Positions 10,739 through 19,332 are shown, numbered from the stretch's first letter. The stretch: DNA of 64,000 nt from a bacterium (GCA_021842405.1 JAKBZR010000001.1:18865-82864); one strand, 5' to 3'. The notes: generated by a model not told the origin, from the sequence alone. Numbers and translations are program-made.

Positions 10739-10780
10739 AATGACGAAGCGGCAGGATACACCGACTTTTTCAACAACTTC
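10739..10780. repeat. solo terminal half of the type-2 hairpin element
   Basis: aatgacgaagcggcaggatacaccgactttttcaacaacttc closely matches the right terminus at 17076-17117; it ends at the stop codon of the 10781-11713 gene. Confidence 0.6.
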
Positions 10781-11713
10781 TTAGGTCAATTGCGGCCAGT
10801 GGCGTAAAATCATATCGCGGCTCATCTCCACCGCCTTGATGGGGTCAGCCGGATTGCCGCCCTCCCACTCGATCGAGACCGCCCGTTTGTAATGTGCCGC
10901 CTTGATCATTCCCAGCAATCGGGTGTAATCCATATCGGCCTCATCGCCATCCGCATTGAAAGCACGGGTCTTGGCGTGGACGTGATAGGCGTGCGGCGCC
11001 AAGAGCTGGCAGGATTGATATCGCAGCTCAGGCGGGTTATCAGGCCAATTACCGAAATCCAGGCAAGATCCCACCCATTTCGGATCGGTGCCGTTAATGA
11101 CGCGGAGGATGCGGTCGGCGGTCAGTGAAACGCCCCCGTGATTTTCGATGGTAATTTTAATGTTCAGCTTCTTTGCGAGCGGCAACATCTGTTTGAAGGC
11201 GGCGATGCACCGTTCCACGCCGACGGTCTTGTCCTCATCATCGTTGCCGGTTCCACCCAGGTTCATTCGTACAACCGGCGCGCCGAGATAGGCGGCCACC
11301 TTGAGCTTGCGGGTATCCTCCGCGATCTGCTGTGTTCTGGCGGCAGGGTCGTTCGCGGCCAGATTGCCCTCCATAATTAAGCAGGTGATGATTCGTCCGT
11401 TCTTGCGGCATGCCTCTTTCAGGTGATCCAAGTAGTCGGTATCCCAGGCGGGGAAGTAGAGGTCGTTGAGCGAGATGCCCTTAATGTTCAGGTCCTTCAG
11501 CAAAGCGGGAATGGTCTCCAGCGTCTGTTTGCCCTGTGCGATAAGGTCCCGCAGGCTGTAGGTCTCGCAGCTTAAAATGGGCCCCCGGTAAGCGTCCGCC
11601 TCCGCTTCCGAACCAGCCATTCCTAGCATGGCGGCCGCCATAAGGCCAGTGCTGACTGAAAGCGAATCGCCTAAAAACTCTCTTCTTGAACGCTTCATTT
11701 TCGGCTCCTTCAA
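10781..11713 (-). CDS. sugar phosphate isomerase/epimerase (xylose isomerase-like TIM barrel) with Tat-type signal
   Basis: 310 aa; N-terminal SRREFL twin-arginine motif; TIM-barrel family look (ITIENHGG). Confidence 0.65.
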   Translation of the reverse strand: MKEPKMKRSRREFLGDSLSVSTGLMAAAMLGMAGSEAEADAYRGPILSCETYSLRDLIAQGKQTLETIPALLKDLNIKGISLNDLYFPAWDTDYLDHLKEACRKNGRIITCLIMEGNLAANDPAARTQQIAEDTRKLKVAAYLGAPVVRMNLGGTGNDDEDKTVGVERCIAAFKQMLPLAKKLNIKITIENHGGVSLTADRILRVINGTDPKWVGSCLDFGNWPDNPPELRYQSCQLLAPHAYHVHAKTRAFNADGDEADMDYTRLLGMIKAAHYKRAVSIEWEGGNPADPIKAVEMSRDMILRHWPQLT

Positions 11714-11864
11714 ATTGGTATGATTATTGATGGAATGAGCGTATCATTAATATTGCATTACATTCGTCAATCCGATGCTCTATTCCTGCAAAGGATGGTT
11801 TTGGGGGATCGGTTCGGTTAATACGAGGCAACCTCAAGAATATGATATACTCTAACTGGAAAAT

Positions 11865-14585
11865 ATGACCGCCCCTTCGATATGGAGTGGAAGCGATAGC
11901 CCCATGTATTACAAGGCTGGAATCAAGACCGCCTGCTTTAGTATTTTAGCAATTCTTCTCTCCTCCATCTCCAGCGCCCAGTCGCTTATCCCCGCATCGC
12001 CATCTTCGTCCAACGGGGTTACCGATGGCTGGATGGTGCACTCTCAAAGATTAAAATCCGGAGTGCCGTTGGGCGGGATCGGATGCGGCACCTTTGAGAT
12101 GATGACCGACGGCTCTACCGCCAACGCCACCATCAATAACAACTGGGGCTGGCCGACCGGCGAGCTGAAGGGCTGCTTTGCGGCGGTATGGACGCGGGCG
12201 CAAAATCAAGTTGAGGCGCGGGTGCTAGAATTAAACAACCCTTACGGCCTACCGGACGTGGGAAGACTGGATTATCGGGGCAATTTCCCGGTAGCCGATA
12301 TCCGCTATCCCAGCTCGGATTTACCGGTTACAATCCGCTTGAGAGCCTTCTCTCCGCTCATTCCCCATGATTTAAAGAACTCCTCGCTTCCGGTTGCGAT
12401 CTACTCTTTTCGGGTTAAAAATATCGCGCGCGGCCCGGTGGAGGCAGCCATCGCCGTTTCTTGGCAAAATATTCTGGGGGTCGGTGGTAATTCGGTCAAC
12501 GGTGGCTTCAACGAACAATACGGAGATACGGTCCAGAGGTTGGTTTCGACGCCGGGATACGATGGCGTGTTGATGAGCGGTAAGGCTCCATCCCACTTGG
12601 CCGGTGCAGCAAAACTACAATTGAACGCAGTTGGCGATTATGCCCTCATGGTGAAAGCCTCCAAACCGGATGAGAAGACCTCCACCGCCTCCTGGAACGT
12701 TTTGGGGAAGACGCCATCCTTTTGGAGCACTTTTGCCAAGGAGGGCGATGTGAGCGGCCGGTGCGGACCGGCGGGCGTTGGGGTGGAACCGGCCGGCGTC
12801 GTGGCGATACGGGTATTACTGAAGCCGGAGGAAGAGCGCCGCTTCGTCTTTGCGTTTTCTTGGTATACCCCCCATTTAATGACGTTATCCGGTGAAGATT
12901 ACGGTCACTACTATGAACTGTCGTTTGATAACGCGGCCGCGATCGCCCATTATGCGCTCGGCAATGAGCTGGCGCTGGAAACGCTGACCCGTGAATGGCA
13001 GTATCGGTTGCAGACCTCCAGTTTGCCCGGTTGGTACACAAGCATGCTGATCAACAGCGCATCCGCCCTTTTTACCAATACGATCTTAACTCGGCAGCGT
13101 TGGTTTTCAGTGTTGGTAAGCCCCGATGATAAGAAGGGTATGCTCGGCGGGATGAATCAGCGAATGACGGGGCACGCGCTGACCTTCGCCTTCTTTCCGG
13201 ATCTGGAGGAACAAGAAATTCATCAGTTTTCCATGATGCAGACGGATGCAGGGGCGGTTCCACAATTTGACGGCAATATCAGCTCGTCCATCGGCGTTGA
13301 GGCCCGGTCGAGTCAATCCGAACGGCCCGAGGATCCCGATATCGGCTGCGAATTTGCGGCGATGATTTACCAATACTATAGGGCGACCGGCGATCGGTCG
13401 TTTTTGGACGAGTATTATCCCCATGCCAAGCACGCGATCCAATTTTTATTCTCTCAGGATTATGATAACGACGGAATCCCAGAGGGCGGCTCACCCTTCA
13501 CTGATCTGCACCAATCGGGCAACTTTTGCTATACGGCAATGATGTGGCTGGCCGCATTGCGGGCGGGTGAAGTGATGGCTAAGGCGATGGACGATACCGA
13601 GTTCGTAAACCAGTGCCGGAACTGGTACAAGAAGGCATCCGATTCAGTGATGCGAGAGCTGTGGAACGGCCGATACCTGGATGAATGGTGCGACCCCACT
13701 CATCCGATGAGCGGTAAGCCGACCAAATCAACCGTTTGCTTTGCCTATCAGATGGCAGGCGAATGGATGGCGGACGAGCTGGGTTTAGGTCCTCTGTTGA
13801 ACCCGAAAGTAGTTCGAAGCGGTGTCGCAGCCGTAATCGCCCTTAACGATCGTACATCGTCTGTCCTGCCACCGGCTGTAATTCAATCAAATGGCACACC
13901 AGAACCAAGCTCTCAATGCTGGATACCCTTTGCCGAGACCTATCAGGCAGCATTATATGCTTGTGAGGGGAATCCCGACGCGGCGTTAGTCCTTCTGCAA
14001 CGGATAAACCGCGGTTTGACTGAGGTGGGTCGAGATCCATGGGATATTTCATTGGTCTACGACAGCGTAACCGGTCTGCCGGTCCGAGATCGGTGGACGA
14101 TGGCGGCGCCGGCGATTTGGTACACGCTGGATGCCTTTGCCGGTTACCAGCTGGATCGCCCGGATGAAACGCTGACCTTGCGCCCGGCGCTCCCCTCGAG
14201 CTGGCCGATACTGCGTGTGCCATGGTTCGGGCCGACCTTTTGGGCATCTTTCGACTATAGGCATGGAATCAGGCGGACGCGAATGAGCCTCTATATTGAT
14301 CACACCTTTGTGACGCAAACCTCTGGTTCAAGCCTTCAATTTACCAATAATGAACCAGTGGGAATGACAATCCGCCGGATCAAACTATCCCTTTCACCCG
14401 AGTTGGAAAAGTTGCCGGTTCGTGAGCTGAGGGTGGATGTCAGTTTAGGAAAAGCGCCGATTTCGGGTAAATTAATTAAGGAGAACGGTAGGGGGTATCT
14501 CTTCTTTGCGGATGGACCGTTTACCATGCATACCGGGGACCGGCTCAGCATTGACGTGATCCGCAAGGAATATTACAATCAATAA
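11865..14585 (+). CDS. glycoside hydrolase, GH116-like (GBA2-type beta-glucosidase family)
   Basis: 906 aa; N-terminal hydrophobic signal; PLGGIGCGTFEM motif typical of the GH116 N-terminal domain; large C-terminal domain. Confidence 0.55.
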   Translation: MTAPSIWSGSDSPMYYKAGIKTACFSILAILLSSISSAQSLIPASPSSSNGVTDGWMVHSQRLKSGVPLGGIGCGTFEMMTDGSTANATINNNWGWPTGELKGCFAAVWTRAQNQVEARVLELNNPYGLPDVGRLDYRGNFPVADIRYPSSDLPVTIRLRAFSPLIPHDLKNSSLPVAIYSFRVKNIARGPVEAAIAVSWQNILGVGGNSVNGGFNEQYGDTVQRLVSTPGYDGVLMSGKAPSHLAGAAKLQLNAVGDYALMVKASKPDEKTSTASWNVLGKTPSFWSTFAKEGDVSGRCGPAGVGVEPAGVVAIRVLLKPEEERRFVFAFSWYTPHLMTLSGEDYGHYYELSFDNAAAIAHYALGNELALETLTREWQYRLQTSSLPGWYTSMLINSASALFTNTILTRQRWFSVLVSPDDKKGMLGGMNQRMTGHALTFAFFPDLEEQEIHQFSMMQTDAGAVPQFDGNISSSIGVEARSSQSERPEDPDIGCEFAAMIYQYYRATGDRSFLDEYYPHAKHAIQFLFSQDYDNDGIPEGGSPFTDLHQSGNFCYTAMMWLAALRAGEVMAKAMDDTEFVNQCRNWYKKASDSVMRELWNGRYLDEWCDPTHPMSGKPTKSTVCFAYQMAGEWMADELGLGPLLNPKVVRSGVAAVIALNDRTSSVLPPAVIQSNGTPEPSSQCWIPFAETYQAALYACEGNPDAALVLLQRINRGLTEVGRDPWDISLVYDSVTGLPVRDRWTMAAPAIWYTLDAFAGYQLDRPDETLTLRPALPSSWPILRVPWFGPTFWASFDYRHGIRRTRMSLYIDHTFVTQTSGSSLQFTNNEPVGMTIRRIKLSLSPELEKLPVRELRVDVSLGKAPISGKLIKENGRGYLFFADGPFTMHTGDRLSIDVIRKEYYNQ

Positions 14586-14680
14586 TTGAATGCCGATCGT
14601 CAAGGTGGGGCAGGTATTCCCTTGGGCCGTGGCTTTTTCGTGCATTTTCCCTCAATCCATTTCCGATAATTCGATGGGGG

Positions 14681-14710
14681 TTGCAATTTTTAGTGAAAAT
14701 ATCGTATTAT
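14681..14710 (+). promoter_or_regulatory. candidate promoter upstream of the erpA-like gene
   Basis: TTGCAA (14681-14686), 18 nt, TATTAT (14705-14710). Confidence 0.3.
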
Positions 14711-14777
14711 TTAGCATAAATAAATATAAGGTGCTAAGCTGGCCAGTTTTTTCGAGATAGCTCTCGTGAGGCACAAC

Positions 14778-15206
14778 ATGGAAGGAGACAGGGGAAAACT
14801 AATGAGCGTACCAACCAGTTTGGAGGATCAGGCGATCATCACACTGAGCGAGCGGGCCGCTACCGAGATCAAATCACTGCTCGAGCGACAGGGCAAACCG
14901 GATGCGGTGTTGCGCGTTTTTGTTTCGGGCGGCGGCTGTTCCGGACTACAGTACGGGATGGCCATTGACGAAGGGATGGAAGAGGGGGATCAGATTACCG
15001 ATCAGCACGGGGTCAAGGTGGTCATCGATTCCATGAGCCTTCAGTACATTGCGGGTAGCACGGTGGATTACGTTGAAGATATGATGGGTGGTGGGTTTAA
15101 GATTGATAACCCCAACGCGATCCAATCTTGCGGTTGCGGTCACTCCTTCTCCACCGAGGAGGGTGAGGATAGCGGCTGCGGATCGGGTTGCGGCTGCGGC
15201 CACTAG
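14778..15206 (+). CDS. A-type iron-sulfur cluster carrier (ErpA/IscA/HesB family) with extra Cys/Gly/His tail
   Basis: VFVSGGGCSGLQYG and C-terminal CGCGHSF motifs; start ambiguous (GTG 14766, ATG 14778, ATG 14802); 18-aa tail STEEGEDSGCGSGCGCGH. Confidence 0.85.
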   Translation: MEGDRGKLMSVPTSLEDQAIITLSERAATEIKSLLERQGKPDAVLRVFVSGGGCSGLQYGMAIDEGMEEGDQITDQHGVKVVIDSMSLQYIAGSTVDYVEDMMGGGFKIDNPNAIQSCGCGHSFSTEEGEDSGCGSGCGCGH

Positions 15207-15227
15207 TTGAATTAGGCGGCAGTTCGA

Positions 15228-16289
15228 CTAGGGAAAAGTTAAAATCGAGCCGGTGGAGAGGGCAGGTAATTTTATCGGAATTGTCACTTTCGCCTTCTCC
15301 CGAGATGATATAAGGGTGGTTTGCAGCGTTTGTAAAACGCGATGCGTCTCGGCGGCACGATTCATGGCTGACTTGCCATTCCCGACGATCGTTCCGGCGA
15401 AATCATCCAGTGCACGCTCGAACTCGCTTTCTCCCGGTCTCTGCCGGTCGGTGGGTGGATTTGCCCCTGTTTTCTTTTTAATACCCCTTCGGTTGCGGAA
15501 GGGGGGAGGCCATCCGTCGTCGCGCACGTATTCAATGGTCTCCTTTTTGAGAGATCCCTCCACCTCGTAGTGCTCCTTATCCTCAGTAACCCGCATGGAC
15601 TGAGTCAGCCGGATCAAGGAGGGACCCCGCTGATGGCGCAAGATCAGGTTGGCATAGATGATCTCTTGCGATTTTCGCTGATGGTGGAGGTCGGCGCTGA
15701 TGCTGATGATCGGCCCCAGCCACCAGAGCAGCACATCCAGCGTATCGTAAATGTGGGAAATCAGGTTGGCGGCGGGTTCCGTGCGACCGGCCACCTCGTC
15801 AAAAGGCGTAATCCCGAATTGAGCTTGACAGGTAACAAGGCGCAATGTGCCGAACTCCCCCGTCTTGATCTGCTGGCGAATGCGTTGGATCCGGTTATTA
15901 TAATGCCGCAAGCCTGCCTGCGCAACCGTTATCCGGCGCTCAGCGGATAGTTGGCTGAGATAATCCCATTCGTTCGGAGCACAGATGAGGGGGGTGACAT
16001 TCAGGACGCAGAGTCCCATTTCGATCGCTTTGCGCACAAAGGGAAAAGTTGACCACTCAGCGGTTCCTAAAACGAGACCGTCAGCTTTAGCGGCGGCCTC
16101 CGGCAGCATCTGTTCCGGCGTGATGCGGCTAACCGAAGCTCTTCGGTTTCCAAACGGTGGAAAGAGGGCTTCATAGCGGTGAGAAAGGAGGCGCTCAGGC
16201 GGTAGTGAATCTAGATACCTTTCACAACCAATGAGGGCCAGACGAGGCGATTGAGCTGACAGCGTGATTTTTTGTGGCTCACCGTTCAT
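15228..16289 (-). CDS. hypothetical protein (weak Gfo/Idh/MocA-like look, dinucleotide motif degenerate)
   Basis: 353 aa ORF; coding-looking composition; family assignment by eye is weak. Confidence 0.45.
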   Translation of the reverse strand: MNGEPQKITLSAQSPRLALIGCERYLDSLPPERLLSHRYEALFPPFGNRRASVSRITPEQMLPEAAAKADGLVLGTAEWSTFPFVRKAIEMGLCVLNVTPLICAPNEWDYLSQLSAERRITVAQAGLRHYNNRIQRIRQQIKTGEFGTLRLVTCQAQFGITPFDEVAGRTEPAANLISHIYDTLDVLLWWLGPIISISADLHHQRKSQEIIYANLILRHQRGPSLIRLTQSMRVTEDKEHYEVEGSLKKETIEYVRDDGWPPPFRNRRGIKKKTGANPPTDRQRPGESEFERALDDFAGTIVGNGKSAMNRAAETHRVLQTLQTTLISSREKAKVTIPIKLPALSTGSILTFP

Positions 16290-16331
16290 TTCTTAAGCTA
16301 TCCGGATCGCCCATGCCTCCATTCCGCCAAA

Positions 16332-16541
16332 TTAATGAGGCAAGCTTAGGGGAGTGTAAGCGGCCTCCAGCGGTTGATACATCAAGCCGTAGGTTGCCAG
16401 TGGATAGAAATAGCAGGTTTTTCCGCAACAGCTACAATCCGCGACGATCGGACCGTGTGGCATTCTGCGTGGCGGAAGCACGTGGAAGCCGATGCTGCAC
16501 AACGGAAGACGAAAGAGAATTTTAAATCTGGTTGCCACCAA
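16332..16541 (-). CDS. candidate small Cys-rich protein (about 68 aa)
   Basis: strong SD AAGGAG (16546-16551, minus strand) 7 nt before GTG at 16538; own TTGATT-17-TATATT promoter; ends 42 nt before the next minus-strand gene; contains DCSCCGKTC. Confidence 0.4.
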   Translation of the reverse strand: MVATRFKILFRLPLCSIGFHVLPPRRMPHGPIVADCSCCGKTCYFYPLATYGLMYQPLEAAYTPLSLPH

Positions 16542-16609
16542 ACTACTCCTTCTTTCGATGACAAATATTCATCCCATCTCATTTCGAAAAAATCGAGCCC
16601 ATCTCTTAT

Positions 16610-16638
16610 AATATACACGAAAATTTCCTAAGAATCAA
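16610..16638 (-). promoter_or_regulatory. candidate promoter for the small Cys-rich ORF and downstream gene
   Basis: minus strand TTGATT (16633-16638), 17 nt, TATATT (16610-16615). Confidence 0.45.
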
Positions 16639-16843
16639 GCCACCGTGTAACAGTTCAGTTTTGTGGGAATGATTTTCGTTCGCGCCCAGCTCAGCATTCC
16701 CCCGTCAACGGGGGAAGGTTAGGATGGGGGTTAAGGCGCACCGCCCTGTCTGCCGCCAGGCAGACAACTCTTTTCCCAATTCTGTGAGAGTGCTGGGGGA
16801 AGAGATGGCTTCGCTTCGCTCGCAATGACACCCTCCCCCTTAA

Positions 16844-17117
16844 GTGGTTGTTGAAAAAGTGGTTGAAACCCGCCGCTTCGTCATTCCCGCGAAAGCGGGA
16901 ATCCAGTTCCCTGCCTAGCGGCTTGCCGGGATGCGGATGTTCATCTGCCATTGCGAGAAGTCGCAAAGCGACGAAGCAATCTGATTATTACCAATGGGGA
17001 ATTGTTCCGCTCGCGCGGCTTGTCGGGTCGCTCATTTCGATCGGCAAAGATGGACTGGATTCCCGCGTTCGCGGGAATGACGAAGCGGCGGGTTTCAACC
17101 ACTTTTTCAACAACCAC
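16844..17117. mobile_element. type-2 MITE-like element with 61-bp inverted termini
   Basis: 16844-16904 and the reverse complement of 17057-17117 match 60/61; each arm ends in the hairpin cattcccgc-loop-gcgggaatg. Confidence 0.7.
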
Positions 17118-17119
17118 CT

Positions 17120-17152
17120 AAACCCTAAAGGTTTTCAAAACCTTTAGGGTTT
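17120..17152. repeat. perfect 33-bp palindrome
   Basis: aaaccctaaaggtttt c aaaacctttagggttt; 16-bp arms, no mismatch. Confidence 0.8.
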
Positions 17153-17292
17153 CACCCCAATGTGTGTATGGGCCACTCCCTCCCCGCAAGCGGGGAGGGT
17201 GTTGATTATTGCTATAGGGGTAAAGCCTCCTGCTTAAATTGCTCAGAGAATTGAACTCATTCGTTTTATTTAATCGGAAACGAGCAGCGAAT

Positions 17293-17322
17293 TTGACACC
17301 GCTTCTCATCACCACGTATAAT
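17293..17322 (+). promoter_or_regulatory. sigma70-type promoter of the his operon
   Basis: TTGACA (17293-17298), 18-nt spacer, TATAAT (17317-17322); both hexamers are perfect consensus. Confidence 0.65.
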
Positions 17323-17350
17323 GTGCGTGATATATGGCGGGGGTAAAGTT

Positions 17351-18634
17351 TTGAAGCGGATTCAGGTCTCATTGGATGGTATTAGGGCGGCCTTTCAAGC
17401 AGTGCAGCGGGAAGCGTCCCATAAAGATACCGAAAAAGAGGCGAGCGTCATTCAAATCATCGAATCGGTTCGCGAGGAAGGTGAAGCGGCACTGCTTCGC
17501 CTTGGCCGTCAATTCGATTGTCCCACGCTGGATTGTATTGAAGTGACCGCAGCGGAATGGGACAGCGGAGCTCAGCAGGTCGGTGAGGGCGAACGGCAGT
17601 TGCTGCACTCGGCTGCCTCCAACATTATCCGTTTTCATGAAAAACAGCGGCGATCAAGCTGGATGGATTTTGGCGATGGTGTGGTGTTGGGGCAATTGAT
17701 GCGGCCGGTTGAGCGAGTGGGCATCTACGTGCCGGGCGGAACGGCGGTCTATCCGAGCAGCGTTTTGATGACCGCGATTCCAGCAAAGGTGGCGGGCGTG
17801 CAATCGCTCATAGTCACCACGCCGGCTCAGCGCGACGGTTCCATCCATCCAATGGTGCTGGCCGCTGCGCGGATCGCCGGAGTTGATCGAATTTTCAAGA
17901 TCGGTGGCGCGCAGGCGATCGCGGTGCTTGCCTACGGTGTGGGCGGGGTTCCATCGGTGGATATGATCGTGGGTCCCGGCAATGCATACGTCAATATTGC
18001 CAAGCGGATGCTTTGGGGAGTGGTGAATATGGATATGCTGGCCGGCCCCAGCGAGGTCTGTGTGCTGGCCGATGAGTCGGCCAAGGCGGAATGGGTGGCC
18101 GCTGATATGATCACCCAGGTGGAGCACGATTCGGAGTGCGCCGCTTATTTGGTGACCACTTCGCCGACACTCGCGGATGAAACGGTGGCGCAAATCGAGG
18201 CGCAGGTTGCCGATCTTCCAAGAGGCTCGATCATTAAAACGGCGCTGGACCGGCATGGCGCCGTACTCATTGCGGAGACATTGGAGCAGGCGATTGATCT
18301 GGCTAATGCATGTGCGCCCGAACACCTGGCGCTGATGGTAAAGGAGCCGTGGTCGGTTGTGGGCTCGATCCGGAACGCAGGCGCCATTTTAATGGGCAGC
18401 TACTCGCCGCAAAGCGTGGGCGACTATTGGGCCGGGCCAAGCCACACGCTGCCGACCAGCGGAGCGGCACGATACGCCTCTCCGCTGAACGTTGACACGT
18501 TTATTAAAAAGACCAGCGTCATCGCATACGGGCGCGAGGCGGTTCAGCAAGCCGGGCCATCAATTGCAAAATTGGCGCGAATTGAAGGTTTCGAGGCGCA
18601 CGCTCGCGCGGTGGAAAAGAGGCTCATCGGCTGA
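17351..18634 (+). CDS. hisD: histidinol dehydrogenase
   Basis: HisD-like throughout; the ORF-track ATG at 17321 lies inside the -10 hexamer, so the TTG at 17351 (GGGGGT upstream) is preferred. Confidence 0.9.
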   Translation: MKRIQVSLDGIRAAFQAVQREASHKDTEKEASVIQIIESVREEGEAALLRLGRQFDCPTLDCIEVTAAEWDSGAQQVGEGERQLLHSAASNIIRFHEKQRRSSWMDFGDGVVLGQLMRPVERVGIYVPGGTAVYPSSVLMTAIPAKVAGVQSLIVTTPAQRDGSIHPMVLAAARIAGVDRIFKIGGAQAIAVLAYGVGGVPSVDMIVGPGNAYVNIAKRMLWGVVNMDMLAGPSEVCVLADESAKAEWVAADMITQVEHDSECAAYLVTTSPTLADETVAQIEAQVADLPRGSIIKTALDRHGAVLIAETLEQAIDLANACAPEHLALMVKEPWSVVGSIRNAGAILMGSYSPQSVGDYWAGPSHTLPTSGAARYASPLNVDTFIKKTSVIAYGREAVQQAGPSIAKLARIEGFEAHARAVEKRLIG

Positions 18635-18635
18635 A

Positions 18636-19277
18636 ATGGATAAACAACCGGAATCATTTTCATTTGGGGGAAGAGCGCGGGAACCACGAAAAGCGACAAT
18701 TCAACGCAAAACCGGCGAGACGGAAATTACACTCACCCTAAATTTAGATGGTCAGGGAGAGTGCCAGGCGAGCACCGGCATTGGCTTCTTCGACCACATG
18801 CTGCAGCACATCGCCAAGCACGGCAGCTTCGATCTGATGGTAAAGGCGAGCGGGGACCTCCACGTTGACGACCATCATTTGGTTGAGGACGTGGGCATCT
18901 GCTTGGGGCGCGCCGTCTCGCAGGCATTAGGCGATCGCAGCGGCATTCAGCGATACGGGGATGCGATCATCCCGATGGATGAGGCGTTAATTTTGTGTGT
19001 GGTGGATATCAGCGGGCGGGGGTTGTTGGTTGAAAATATCGAGACGCCGGCCACTCGGATCGGCATATTTTCGGCCGAGATGGCGCCCGAATTTTTTCGG
19101 GCGGTGGCTTCCAATGCGGGATTAACCCTTCATTTCCGCCAACTGGCCGGCCGCAACAGCCATCACATAATAGAGGGCGCTTTCAAGGCGTTCGCTCGGG
19201 CCTTGAAAGAGGCGGTAAAATGGGTGGGTGATCAGGGCGTTCCCTCCACGAAGGGCATTATCGAGTCGCAGGGCTAG
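18636..19277 (+). CDS. hisB: imidazoleglycerol-phosphate dehydratase
   Basis: ATG at 18636 one nt after the hisD stop; motifs TGETEI and GIGFFDHMLQHIAKHG; the track's upstream extension overlaps hisD. Confidence 0.9.
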   Translation: MDKQPESFSFGGRAREPRKATIQRKTGETEITLTLNLDGQGECQASTGIGFFDHMLQHIAKHGSFDLMVKASGDLHVDDHHLVEDVGICLGRAVSQALGDRSGIQRYGDAIIPMDEALILCVVDISGRGLLVENIETPATRIGIFSAEMAPEFFRAVASNAGLTLHFRQLAGRNSHHIIEGAFKAFARALKEAVKWVGDQGVPSTKGIIESQG

Positions 19278-19332
19278 ACGATTTCAATCGCGGTTGTTTA
19301 TTAAAGTGAAACTCAGTCGGTATAGTTAAACT

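Larger units (their letters stand above)
16648..17262. repeat. composite repeat cluster bounded by type-1 inverted termini
   Basis: left terminus taacagttcagttttgtgggaatgattttcgttcg; right terminus (rc) gaatgagttcaattctctgagcaatttaagcagg; GC-rich hairpin modules inside (e.g. ccctccccgcaagcggggaggg). Confidence 0.7.

Noticed and set aside
16691-17147. ORFs 16691-16966 (-) and 16848-17147 (+) as protein genes
   Set aside because: Both lie entirely in the repeat cluster. Both encode the same peptide (GNDEAAGFNHFFNNHL) only because they read the two arms of a 61-bp inverted repeat. No SD is present, and the composition is hairpin-driven.
16648-17262. CRISPR array as an explanation for the clustered palindromic repeats (also at 57397-57843)
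   Set aside because: There are no regularly spaced identical direct repeats with unique spacers. The units are heterogeneous hairpins in both orientations, and no cas genes are present.
17654-18325. Long antisense ORFs, such as the 223 aa opposite hisD, 3771-4376 opposite pepA, 49557-50105 opposite GH31 and 52038-52523 opposite the PPIase
   Set aside because: They are shadows of well-supported genes on the other strand. Their translations are Arg/His/Gly-rich and low in complexity, and they lack SDs.
18492-18635. Upstream extension of hisB (track start 18492), and similar extensions of gspF (60575), gspG (61870) and the ThrC-like gene (42637)
   Set aside because: The extensions overlap the preceding gene or the leader terminator. 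Internal ATGs with good SDs give N-termini that match the families.
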